Origin: Gemmatimonadaceae bacterium
GTDB lineage: Bacteria > Gemmatimonadota > Gemmatimonadetes > Gemmatimonadales > Gemmatimonadaceae
Assembly: GCA_044224875.1 (NCBI GenBank)
Contig: JBGAJQ010000010.1
Coordinates: 1-64,000 of the forward strand
Reading direction: 5' to 3'
Length of the DNA stretch: 64,000 nucleotides
How positions within the stretch are numbered: the first letter of the stretch is position 1; every line of letters begins with the position of its first letter. The position numbers were made by a program, and so were the translations under genes. The notes under the pieces are model-generated. The model made no database searches. It was given only the letters and a program-made list of their open reading frames with translations, and was not told the DNA's origin. Shown here piece by piece: positions 48,922 to 57,765 of this stretch.

Positions 48922-50294
48922 GGCAAACTTCCCTTGGCCAGCGACGCAAAGCGCTGCCCTCTTTCCTCAAAATTGGAAAACATGTCGTAGCTGGAACAGG
49001 CGGGGGACAGCAACACGGCATCTCCGGGCCGGGCCAACTGGCGCGCACGTGCCATCACGACTTCGAACGGCCCGTCCACACGCTCCACGGGCACCTCACC
49101 CGCCAGCTCTTCCATGATCAGCGGCGCAGCCGCACCGTACGCGATGGTTTGCCGGCACCGCGCGCGAATCGGTTCGATCATCGCCTTGTACGATTCGCCC
49201 TTGTGCTTGCCACCCAGCAGCAGCACGGTCGGCCTGTCCATCGACCACACGCCGACCACGGCCGAGGCGACGTTCGTCGCCTTGGAATCGTCAATCCACG
49301 TCACCCCACCAAAGACGCCGACAGTCTCGAGCCGATGTGCCAGTGGCTTCACGGTTCGCAAGCCGGCGGCCATGCGGTCCCGTGCGTGCAGAGTGCGAAA
49401 GTCGGGATCTGCCAGCATGACGGCCAGTGCCGCGGCGAGCGCGTTCCCGACGTTGTGATCGCCAAGCAGTGGCAGTTCGGCCCGCGCGATCAGCGGTGCG
49501 TCCAGCACAATCAACTGGCCCCCCTTCCGATCGTAAAAGGCGTCGCACAAGCGACCTCGCGCACTATATCGCTGCACCACACCGTCCACGCCTCGCACCA
49601 TCTCCATCGCGTCGGGATTGTCGGCGTTGATCACCCAACGCGATCGGGAAGTCGCGTTCCGAAAGAAGGTGCGTTTGTCGGCATAGTACGCGTCGACCGA
49701 CGGGTACCGATCAAGGTGGTCGGGCGCCAGGTTGGTCAGCACGCCGACATCGGGCCGGATGCTGGGAGTGTCGTGAAGTTGGAAGGAGGATAGCTCGATC
49801 GCGGTCCACGTCGGGGGCGGGTATTGCAGGGCCAGACCGCTCACCGCTTGCCCGATGTTTCCCGTGGCGTCGGCCGGTACGCCTAACGCGCGAAGCAGGT
49901 GCGCCACGATGGCCGTCACCGTGGACTTTCCGTTCGTTCCCGTGACAGCGATGTAGCGCAATCCCGGCATCAGGGACAGCGCCACTTCGACTTCGCTCAC
50001 AATCTCGACGCCGGCAGTGCGAGCACGTTGCAGCACCTCGGCATCGGGCGGCACACCGGGGCTGACGATCACCGTGGACGCCGCCGCCACGCGAGCCAAG
50101 TCATGGTGCCCGACGTCAACGTGTACGCCGACCGCCCGCAGGGACTCGGCGACCCGCGTGAGCGAGGGTGACGACCCAGCGTCTGACGCATAGACGCGTG
50201 CGTGATGCGAGCGGAGCAGACGCGAGACGGCCTCGCCACTCCGGCCCAATCCAATGACCGCCTGCTCGCCCCGCAGCCAGCGTTCGTGCGTCAT
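48918..50294 (-). CDS. murD: UDP-MurNAc-L-Ala--D-Glu ligase
   Basis: GLGRSG, SPGVP, TGTNGKSTV, ELSSFQL, DDSKATN, LLSPACSSYDMF. Confidence 0.97.
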   Translation of the reverse strand: MTHERWLRGEQAVIGLGRSGEAVSRLLRSHHARVYASDAGSSPSLTRVAESLRAVGVHVDVGHHDLARVAAASTVIVSPGVPPDAEVLQRARTAGVEIVSEVEVALSLMPGLRYIAVTGTNGKSTVTAIVAHLLRALGVPADATGNIGQAVSGLALQYPPPTWTAIELSSFQLHDTPSIRPDVGVLTNLAPDHLDRYPSVDAYYADKRTFFRNATSRSRWVINADNPDAMEMVRGVDGVVQRYSARGRLCDAFYDRKGGQLIVLDAPLIARAELPLLGDHNVGNALAAALAVMLADPDFRTLHARDRMAAGLRTVKPLAHRLETVGVFGGVTWIDDSKATNVASAVVGVWSMDRPTVLLLGGKHKGESYKAMIEPIRARCRQTIAYGAAAPLIMEELAGEVPVERVDGPFEVVMARARQLARPGDAVLLSPACSSYDMFSNFEERGQRFASLAKGSLP

Positions 50295-51433
50295 CGCAGC
50301 TTAAGGGTCGTGAGCGCGACAAAGGCGCACAGGATACCCAGGATCCAGAATCGCACCACCACTTGAGTCTCCTTCCACCCCGATAGCTCAAAGTGGTGAT
50401 GGAGGGGCGCTCGGCGGAAGAGGCGGTTCTTCTGGGCGTATTCCACGCCGTACCGGCGGCGGCGGTACTTGAACACGGAGCGCTGCAGGATCACCGACAC
50501 GGTCTCGGCCACAAACACCCCACCGATAAGCAGCAGCAGAAACTCGCTCTTGAGCAGGATGGCGATGGCGCCGATCGCCCCTCCCAGCGCAAGCGCACCG
50601 GTATCTCCCATCATGACCTGAGCCGGATGCGTGTTGAACCAGAGAAAGCCCACACAAGCACCGGCCAAGGCCATACAGTAGACCGTGAGCTCCCCGCTTC
50701 CCGGCAGGTAAAACAGCTGCAGGTACGCACTGGCATCTACGCGCCCCATCACGTAGGCAAACAAGGCAAAAGTCGTAATCGCGATCGACGAGAGCCCGGC
50801 GCTCAGTCCGTCCAGGCCGTCAGCCAGGTTGACCGAGTTGCTCGTCCCCGTCAGGATAAACGCCACCCAGCCAACGTATAGGACTTCGAGCGCGGCGGTG
50901 GCTGGCACCACGTAGACGTACTTGAAGAATGGCACCGTCGTGGCCGCACCGGGCAGCGGACCCAGCGGAAACTTCCACAGGACGAAGCCAATGAGCGCGC
51001 CGATAGACACCTGTCCGATCAGCTTGTAGCGCTCAACCAATCCCACATTCTCCTTCCCTTCCCGCTTCTGCTTCAGCTTCAGGTAGTCGTCGAGAAACCC
51101 TATTCCGCCCATCCACACGGTGACCAGAAGTGCGACCAAGACGTATCGATTGTCCAGCCGGGTCCACAACAGGGTCGGCCCGACCGATGCGGCGAGAATG
51201 ATGAGTCCTCCCATGGTCGGCGTCGACGCCTTGACCTGGTGCGTGTCCGGCGTCCCCTCCCGCACCACCTGTCGCACCCGCAGCGCCTTCAAGCGCCGGA
51301 TGATCGGCGGGCCAACCAGGAACGACATCAACAAGGCCGTGACCGCCGCGGCGGCCGCACGCACGGAGATGTAGTTAATGAGCCGAAGCGTCGGGAAGTC
51401 GGCGACGAGGGGCGCAAGGAGGTAGTGGAGCAC
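50291..51433 (-). CDS. mraY: Phospho-MurNAc-pentapeptide transferase
   Basis: TPTMGG, GFLDDY, NSVNLADGLDGL, MGDTG, APLHHHFE. Confidence 0.97.
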   Translation of the reverse strand: MLHYLLAPLVADFPTLRLINYISVRAAAAAVTALLMSFLVGPPIIRRLKALRVRQVVREGTPDTHQVKASTPTMGGLIILAASVGPTLLWTRLDNRYVLVALLVTVWMGGIGFLDDYLKLKQKREGKENVGLVERYKLIGQVSIGALIGFVLWKFPLGPLPGAATTVPFFKYVYVVPATAALEVLYVGWVAFILTGTSNSVNLADGLDGLSAGLSSIAITTFALFAYVMGRVDASAYLQLFYLPGSGELTVYCMALAGACVGFLWFNTHPAQVMMGDTGALALGGAIGAIAILLKSEFLLLLIGGVFVAETVSVILQRSVFKYRRRRYGVEYAQKNRLFRRAPLHHHFELSGWKETQVVVRFWILGILCAFVALTTLKLR

Positions 51434-51451
51434 CGGGCGGAGCCTAACGCG

Positions 51452-52843
51452 TTAAGGGTGAGGCGCGTCGGAAGCGCCGGGCCTGGCAACACCTGCAAAG
51501 TCGCGCAACATCGGTACAAGCCGTTCCAGCCGTGCCCCGCGAGAGCCCTTCAGCAAAACGATCGCGTTCGATGGGAGGTGCGGTCGCAACAGCGGCCATA
51601 ACTGGTCAAACTCGGGCGCTGTCACCACGCGCGGCGCCCCCCGCGGTGCGTCGGCGAGCGCCGTCGCGAACGCGCCGACGCCAGCGACTACGGCACAACT
51701 GGACGCTAGCGCCCGATCGGCAATCTCCCGATGCAACGCAGCCGATCGCTCTCCCAGCTCCAACATGGAACCTAGCACCACGACATGCGGTCGTGTGCCA
51801 TCCAGTCGATCGAGCAAGGCAAGCGCCTCACGCGCCGAGGCCGGATTGGCATTGTACGCGTCGTTGATCACGCTCAGACTCCCCATCTGTTCCCACGCGC
51901 CCCGCATCGGGAGTGGCGTCATCCGGGAGAGCCCTTCCAACGCCCGCTCGATCGGTACGCCGAGCGCGTCGGCAACAGCCAAAGCCAGCATCGCATTGCG
52001 GGCATTATGAGCTCCCCGCAGGGGCAGCGTCACCTGGACGTCGCCCACTCGAAGCCACACTGCTCCGTCGGGTGCGAGACCCCACGCGTTGGGGTGAAGG
52101 TCACCTCGTTCCAGCCCGGCTTCAACAGTTCGATGCGCCAGCGCCCGCGCGGCCGCTCCGACCTCCGGTTGCGACGCTGGTGCAATGGCCAGCGGGACGC
52201 CGCGGAATACAGAGGATTCTTCCACTAGCACGCCTTCTAGATCCCCGAGCCCCTCGAGGTGTTCTTCTCCAATCGACGTGACCACCGCGACGTCCGGCTC
52301 CACGATGCCACGCAACACGTTGACTTCTCCGGGCCGATTGGTGCCAATCTCTATGACGGCGAGGTCGGCATCGTCCGGAATGTCCAACAGGGTCAGCGGT
52401 ACACCGACAAAGTTGTTCAGGTTGCCCTCGGTCGCATGCACCTCGAACGCCACCCCTAACGCCGCCCGCACGAGTTCCTTGGTGCTGGACTTCCCGTTGG
52501 AGCCGGCGATGGCGACGACCGGCTTGCTCCAGGCACGCCGGCGAAATCGCCCGAGCGCGCCGAGGGCCGCCAGGGTGTCGTGGACGGCGAGGACCGGCAC
52601 GCCAGCTCCAACGGCTCGGGCAGGATCGGCAACCACCAGCAGCCCCGCACCCCGCGACAGCGCCTCGCGAAGGAAATCGTGCGCGTCGAAACGTTCCCCG
52701 CGCAGCGCAACAAAGATGTCGCCTGGCTGCAGCGACCGCGTGTCCGTCGACACCCGGCCCAATCTCGCCGTGCCTCGCGGCAAGGCACCCCAGGCTTCGT
52801 CGGCCAGTGCCTGGCTTACGAGATCCACGGTCCAGAAACTCAC
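51452..52843 (-). CDS. murF: UDP-MurNAc-tripeptide--D-Ala-D-Ala ligase
   Basis: DTR, GSNGKSSTK, GNLNN.VGVP, NDAYNANP, GSMLELG, KGSRG. Confidence 0.96.
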   Translation of the reverse strand: MSFWTVDLVSQALADEAWGALPRGTARLGRVSTDTRSLQPGDIFVALRGERFDAHDFLREALSRGAGLLVVADPARAVGAGVPVLAVHDTLAALGALGRFRRRAWSKPVVAIAGSNGKSSTKELVRAALGVAFEVHATEGNLNNFVGVPLTLLDIPDDADLAVIEIGTNRPGEVNVLRGIVEPDVAVVTSIGEEHLEGLGDLEGVLVEESSVFRGVPLAIAPASQPEVGAAARALAHRTVEAGLERGDLHPNAWGLAPDGAVWLRVGDVQVTLPLRGAHNARNAMLALAVADALGVPIERALEGLSRMTPLPMRGAWEQMGSLSVINDAYNANPASAREALALLDRLDGTRPHVVVLGSMLELGERSAALHREIADRALASSCAVVAGVGAFATALADAPRGAPRVVTAPEFDQLWPLLRPHLPSNAIVLLKGSRGARLERLVPMLRDFAGVARPGASDAPHP

Positions 52844-54322
52844 GACGCCAGCCCCATGGCAAGCGAGAGCTCCTGCACGATCGCCCGTTCGTCGAACGGC
52901 AGCGTCGATGTTCCGCGAATCTGATATGTCTCGTGTCCTTTCCCGGCGAGCACCACCACATCGTTCGGCTTTGCCAGTTCCAGCGCTCGTGCAATCGCAC
53001 GACGCCGATCTTCGATCCGTTCGTGGGGACGCGTCATCCCACGCTCGATGTCGTCGAGGATTCGTTCGGGATCCTCGGTACGTGGGTTGTCACTGGTAAC
53101 GATGGCAAGGTCACCCTTCTTCTCGGCAATCGCGCCCATCAAAGGCCGCTTTCCACGATCGCGGTCACCACCGCAACCGAAGACCACCAGCAGTCGCCCC
53201 TCGACAAAAGGCCGCACGGCATCCAGTGCTCGCTCGAGCGCATCAGGTGTGTGCGCGTAGTCGCGGAGGACCACGGGCCGCTCCAACACGCGCTCCAGGC
53301 GCCCAGGCACCTGCGGCATACTCGAAAGGCGGGCCGCGATGTCCGTGGGGCTCATCCCCAGTGCCCACGCCGCCGCCGCCGCGCCCAACGCATTGGCCAC
53401 GTTAAACTCGCCGAGGAGCGGGAGTTCGACCGCGACCCTCGCGGCACCTGGGGTCAACAGCTCAAACGCGCTGCCCCGCGATGTCGGGGTCAGGCGATCC
53501 GCGCGAACCTCCGCCTGTGCCGTAGTCCCGAACGTCACGCGTCGTGGAGCCGCCGGCAGGTCGCGCCAGACGGCATCGTCGGCGTTCACCACGGCTGTAC
53601 CCTTTGCCGTGAGGTAACTCGTCAGCCGAAACTTGGACGCCACGTAGGACTCCATGGTCCCGTGGTAGTCGAGATGATCTCGCGTGATATTGGTGAACAC
53701 CGCCGCCTGGAAGGCCAATCCGTCGACCCGGCGCTGCGCGAGGCTGTGCGACGACACTTCCATGGCCACGTACCGCGCCCTGCGATCGGCGATCACCCGC
53801 AGTAGACGTTGCAGCTCCACGGGACCCGGCGTGGTAAGTCCCCCGCCACCCGGGAGGACCTCGCCCTCGCTGCCGATCAGGACGCCCAATGTGCCGATCG
53901 ACGCCGCCGGCGCCGAGTCCTCGTGGAACAGGTGCCGCAACATTCCGACGGTCGTGGTCTTGCCATTCGTTCCGGTGACGGCGATCAGCTGCAGGCTCAC
54001 CGCGGGATGTCCATAGGCGACAGCCGCCACGATCGCGGCCGCACGGCGGCCATCACGCACCTACCATTGCCGGCAAGGTCGTGCGGTGTTCATCCTCGAC
54101 CACCGCCACGATCGCACCTGCGCGTGCCGCGGCATCGAGGTAGTCGTGTCCGTCGCGATCATGACCGTGCACCGCGATGAACAGCATCCCTGGTTTTACC
54201 TGACGACTGTCGTCGGTGACACTCGTCACCGATGGTGGCAGCGTACCGCGGCCGTGCACCAGGAGGTCCGCAGCCCGCAGGGCGTCCAGGACCGCGTCGG
54301 TCGAGACGGGGTGGGGTATCAC
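52840..54322 (-). CDS. murE: UDP-MurNAc-dipeptide--meso-DAP ligase, split by a 1-nt frameshift near 54061
   Basis: ORF 54053-54322 holds DDSRQV..LFIAV.G..DGH. ORF 52840-54060 holds TGTNGKTT, MEVSSH, DYAHTPD, DNPR and AGKGHE. Confidence 0.93.
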
Positions 54323-56331
54323 GAACGCCAGAGCCTCACAAGGGTCCCGGCGCGGACCTTGGCCCCGGCCTCGGGAGCGGTCGCGCCGTCACCACTGCCG
54401 ATGATAGACACCCGGACACCGGCGCGATGCAGCTCGCGGAGCGCGACACGGAGGGGCAATCCACGAACGTCGGGAACCGTCACGAGGGTGTCGGGGCGCG
54501 GAGTGTCCCGCATCGGGTTCGTCAGCTCAAATCGCACCGGCTCGCGCAACGGAGGTTCTGGAACGGTGTCCACCAGGGCGACATGCGCATTCGGGCGGAT
54601 CGAGGTACTATCGCCTGGCCGCATCGCCTCAGGGAGCTGAGTAGCGGTCGGGTCGGGGGCCGGCGCGGGGGTTCGCGTCCGCTGTTCGGCCAGCGTACGC
54701 CGGTCCAGGTTCACGCTGCGCGACGCGATGGCAGCTTCGATCACCTGCTTGGCCACCGGAGCGGCCGCCTTGCCGCCGTAGTACGTCTCGCGTGGATTGT
54801 CGATCTTGACTAGCACGACGTACTGCGGATCCTGCGCCGGAAAGATTCCCACGAACGACGACGTGTAGAGCCCCGCGCCATAGCCGCGACCGGTGTTTCT
54901 CCTGGCCGTGCCGCTCTTCCCCGCCAGGTTGAAGGTCGACAGGCTGGCGTCGGTCGCCGTTCCACTGTCCACGACACTTTCCATGATCTGGCGCAAGGTC
55001 GACGAGGTGGCTGGCATCAAGACTTGCCGGACCACGCGCGGCGCATGCCGGTAGATTTCCCGGCCATCTGGATCCTGCACCGCCTTCACGATGGCCGGTT
55101 GCAGCAGCTTGCCGCCATTGGCGAGGGCCGCGTAGGCCACTGCCAGCTGCAACGGTGTCACCGCGATCTCATAGCCGATGGACAATGACGCGTGTGACTG
55201 TGCCGACCAACGGCGTGGCTCGCGGAGCGTCCCCGCCGCCTCCGACGAATAAGTCATCCCCGTGGGCGTACCGAAACCGTAGTCGCGCAGGAGTTCATAC
55301 TGCTGACGGTCGCTGAGTCGTTCAGAGAATCGCGCGATGCCGACGTTGCTCGAAAACCGGATGACGTCTGCCAGCGACAACCGGGTGGCCTTATGCACGT
55401 CCGTGATCGTGCGTCCAGCAACGGTGTAGGTTCCGTTGTAGGTGTCGATGACTTCGTCGGGCCGCGCCAGCCCGCGCTCAATCAGCGCTCCAGCGTACAA
55501 CGGCTTCAGGGTGGACCCGGGTTCAAACGGTTCCGTGACGGCCGTTGCCGCGCCCACGCGCACCCCGGCACGGCGACTGGCGAGGCAGCGCACCTCACCG
55601 TCCCGCGGGTCCAGCACCACGATGTCCCCACCCTGCGCCCCGAGCCGGGCCGCCGCATCGGCCAACGCGCGATCGCAAATGTCCTGCAGCGCCAGTCCGA
55701 TGGTGAGCGTGACCGTGTGACCTGGCCGCGGAAGCGTGGATAGGAGGTCCGGCGACTCGTACCGCTCGCCCTTGGGACCGCGAAAGGCTTGCGACCGCCC
55801 GCGCTCGCCCATCAACAGCGAATCCAGAGCCAGCTCCAACCCTTCGACACCATGCCCACTGGCATCGGTCCGTCCGACAATTCGGCGCACGCCTTCGCTC
55901 AGCACGTACAAACGTTCACCGATCGCCTCCGAGTGTACGCCTGGCACCCGAACGAGGCCGGCGACGTCCGCGGGCTGGAACGTCTGGTGCAGCTCCACCC
56001 ACTTGCGCTTCCGATCGTTGACGCGCCGAAGCGACGTCTTGTCCACCCCCAAACGTTGTAACTGACGGGTGAGCTCGCGCAGGTCCTTCACTTCCGGCGG
56101 AGCGATCGAGAGCTTGACGCGCCCCTGGCTCCGTGCCAGTGCCGTCCCATCTGCATCCCGCAACTCACCTCTCGGTGCCGCCAGCGACGATTGGGCGTAG
56201 TGTTGACGCTCCGCTGCCATCGCCCAGCGCGACCCATCCACGAGCTGCACCTTGGCGGCACGGATCACCAGGGCCACGGCGAACAGCGCCAGGGCAATGT
56301 GGATGACGGAAATCCGGTTCAGCCGGATCAT
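54319..56331 (-). CDS. ftsI: Division transpeptidase FtsI/PBP3 with C-terminal PASTA domain
   Basis: N-terminal TM, EPGSTLK (SxxK), SSN (SxN), KSG, C-terminal VPDVRG. Confidence 0.93.
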   Translation of the reverse strand: MIRLNRISVIHIALALFAVALVIRAAKVQLVDGSRWAMAAERQHYAQSSLAAPRGELRDADGTALARSQGRVKLSIAPPEVKDLRELTRQLQRLGVDKTSLRRVNDRKRKWVELHQTFQPADVAGLVRVPGVHSEAIGERLYVLSEGVRRIVGRTDASGHGVEGLELALDSLLMGERGRSQAFRGPKGERYESPDLLSTLPRPGHTVTLTIGLALQDICDRALADAAARLGAQGGDIVVLDPRDGEVRCLASRRAGVRVGAATAVTEPFEPGSTLKPLYAGALIERGLARPDEVIDTYNGTYTVAGRTITDVHKATRLSLADVIRFSSNVGIARFSERLSDRQQYELLRDYGFGTPTGMTYSSEAAGTLREPRRWSAQSHASLSIGYEIAVTPLQLAVAYAALANGGKLLQPAIVKAVQDPDGREIYRHAPRVVRQVLMPATSSTLRQIMESVVDSGTATDASLSTFNLAGKSGTARRNTGRGYGAGLYTSSFVGIFPAQDPQYVVLVKIDNPRETYYGGKAAAPVAKQVIEAAIASRSVNLDRRTLAEQRTRTPAPAPDPTATQLPEAMRPGDSTSIRPNAHVALVDTVPEPPLREPVRFELTNPMRDTPRPDTLVTVPDVRGLPLRVALRELHRAGVRVSIIGSGDGATAPEAGAKVRAGTLVRLWRS

Positions 56332-56334
56332 TCG

Positions 56335-56664
56335 TCAGCGCTCCCGTCGCGCAGGCCGCGGCAGGATCACCACCGCCGAGTCATTCGGCACGTGCAGTCC
56401 CAAGCGCGATTGGACGCGATCGCCAAGCCGCGACAAACCCTCTTCGGAGACGATGTCGCTCTCCAACTGTAGTCGCTGTGATTCGAGCGCGTCGCGTGTG
56501 GCCGCCAGCTGCGCCAACGCACGCGCGGCCGCGGTCCCCTGCGTGCGGCGCCACACCACGCTGGCCGCCACGACGAGGAACACCGCGATGGTGACCGCCA
56601 CGGTGCGACCGCGGCCACCAGAGCGCCGAGCACTGGAGGCTCGCCTTACGCCGCGCGCCGCCAT
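56335..56664 (-). CDS. ftsL: Probable cell division protein FtsL
   Basis: Basic N-terminus, one TM, coiled coil. Sits between rsmH and ftsI. Confidence 0.7.
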   Translation of the reverse strand: MAARGVRRASSARRSGGRGRTVAVTIAVFLVVAASVVWRRTQGTAAARALAQLAATRDALESQRLQLESDIVSEEGLSRLGDRVQSRLGLHVPNDSAVVILPRPARRER

Positions 56665-57596
56665 GCACGTAGCCTCGCGCTGCGGGCGCGAACGTTTTGC
56701 TGAACCTCCCCCTCACTTGCCGTGATCGGATGCCGCGTCAGCGTGATCCCCAGTGGCGCGCCACGACACGTGCACACCGGCTGTCGAGGCGGACAAACGC
56801 AGCGGGCACTCCAATCACGAAACGCGTTCTTCACCAAGCGATCCTCTCCCGAATGATAGGCAATCACCACGAGGGTGCCGTCCGGTGTCAGCCGATCGCG
56901 CAGGTCTGGCAGGGCTCGCTCGAGGCCAGAGAGTTCATCGTTGACGGCAATCCGTACCGCTTGGAAGAGCCGCGCAAAATCCGACGGCCCGGTACGCGGT
57001 CCCAATGCCCCGCGAATGGCATTCACCAGGTCATCGCTGACCCTGAAGGGCTTGCTTTCGCGCCGCCGCACGATATCACGCGCCAATCGCAACGCACGTC
57101 GTTCGTCAGCGTACTCCCGAAAGACAAAGGCCAACTCGCCTTCATCTGCGTCATTCAGGAAGTCCGCTGCGTCGCGCGTGGCGCCAACCCCCATGCGCAT
57201 GTCCAGCGGCGCGCCCGGCCGGAACGAAAATCCCCGCGTCGCATCGTCCAGCTGGTGCGATGACACCCCGAGATCCAGGAGGATTCCCTCAAAGTGCTGC
57301 CCCGTCAGCTCGGACCGATCCGGCAACTCGGCGTAGTTTGCGAGCACGGCATGGAACTGACCCGTCTGGACGTGGGCGCGCAGGCGCTCGGTGGCTTCCT
57401 CGATCGCCGCCGGATCGCGATCGATGCCTGTCACGCGGGCCCCGCGCTCCAGCAGCGCGCTCGCGTGCCCACCACCACCCAGCGTGCAATCCAGCACGCG
57501 CCGCGAGTTCTGCAACAACTCAACGACTTCTTGCGCCAAGACTGGCGCGTGATACGTGTGGTGAGATACCTGGGGGAGCGTCACGGGACGCGTCAT
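56646..57596 (-). CDS. rsmH: 16S rRNA m4C1402 methyltransferase
   Basis: HAPVL, DCTLGGGGH, DLGVSSHQLD..RGFSF, FQAVRIAVN.EL, HSGEDR, NVRARSA. Confidence 0.97.
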   Translation of the reverse strand: MTRPVTLPQVSHHTYHAPVLAQEVVELLQNSRRVLDCTLGGGGHASALLERGARVTGIDRDPAAIEEATERLRAHVQTGQFHAVLANYAELPDRSELTGQHFEGILLDLGVSSHQLDDATRGFSFRPGAPLDMRMGVGATRDAADFLNDADEGELAFVFREYADERRALRLARDIVRRRESKPFRVSDDLVNAIRGALGPRTGPSDFARLFQAVRIAVNDELSGLERALPDLRDRLTPDGTLVVIAYHSGEDRLVKNAFRDWSARCVCPPRQPVCTCRGAPLGITLTRHPITASEGEVQQNVRARSARLRAWRRAA

Positions 57597-57699
57597 TCTA
57601 GTGGGCGGCGGCGACGCGAGTCAAGCCAATGCACGAGTGAGAGTTCTGCACATCCCGAGCATTGCCTGGAACCACGTTAGGCACTGAACGATGCGTCCT

Positions 57700-57742
57700 G
57701 AAACGACGACGCCCGCCGAGTCGTTGGACTCGGCGGGCGTCG
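57700..57742 (-). terminator. Strong hairpin, probable terminator after the TPR gene
   Basis: Perfect 16-bp inverted repeat CGACGCCCGCCGAGTC-GTTG-GACTCGGCGGGCGTCG (57707-57742), followed by a short U run on the minus strand. Confidence 0.75.
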
Positions 57743-57765
57743 GCACATCGTTGAATCGAGGCGAT

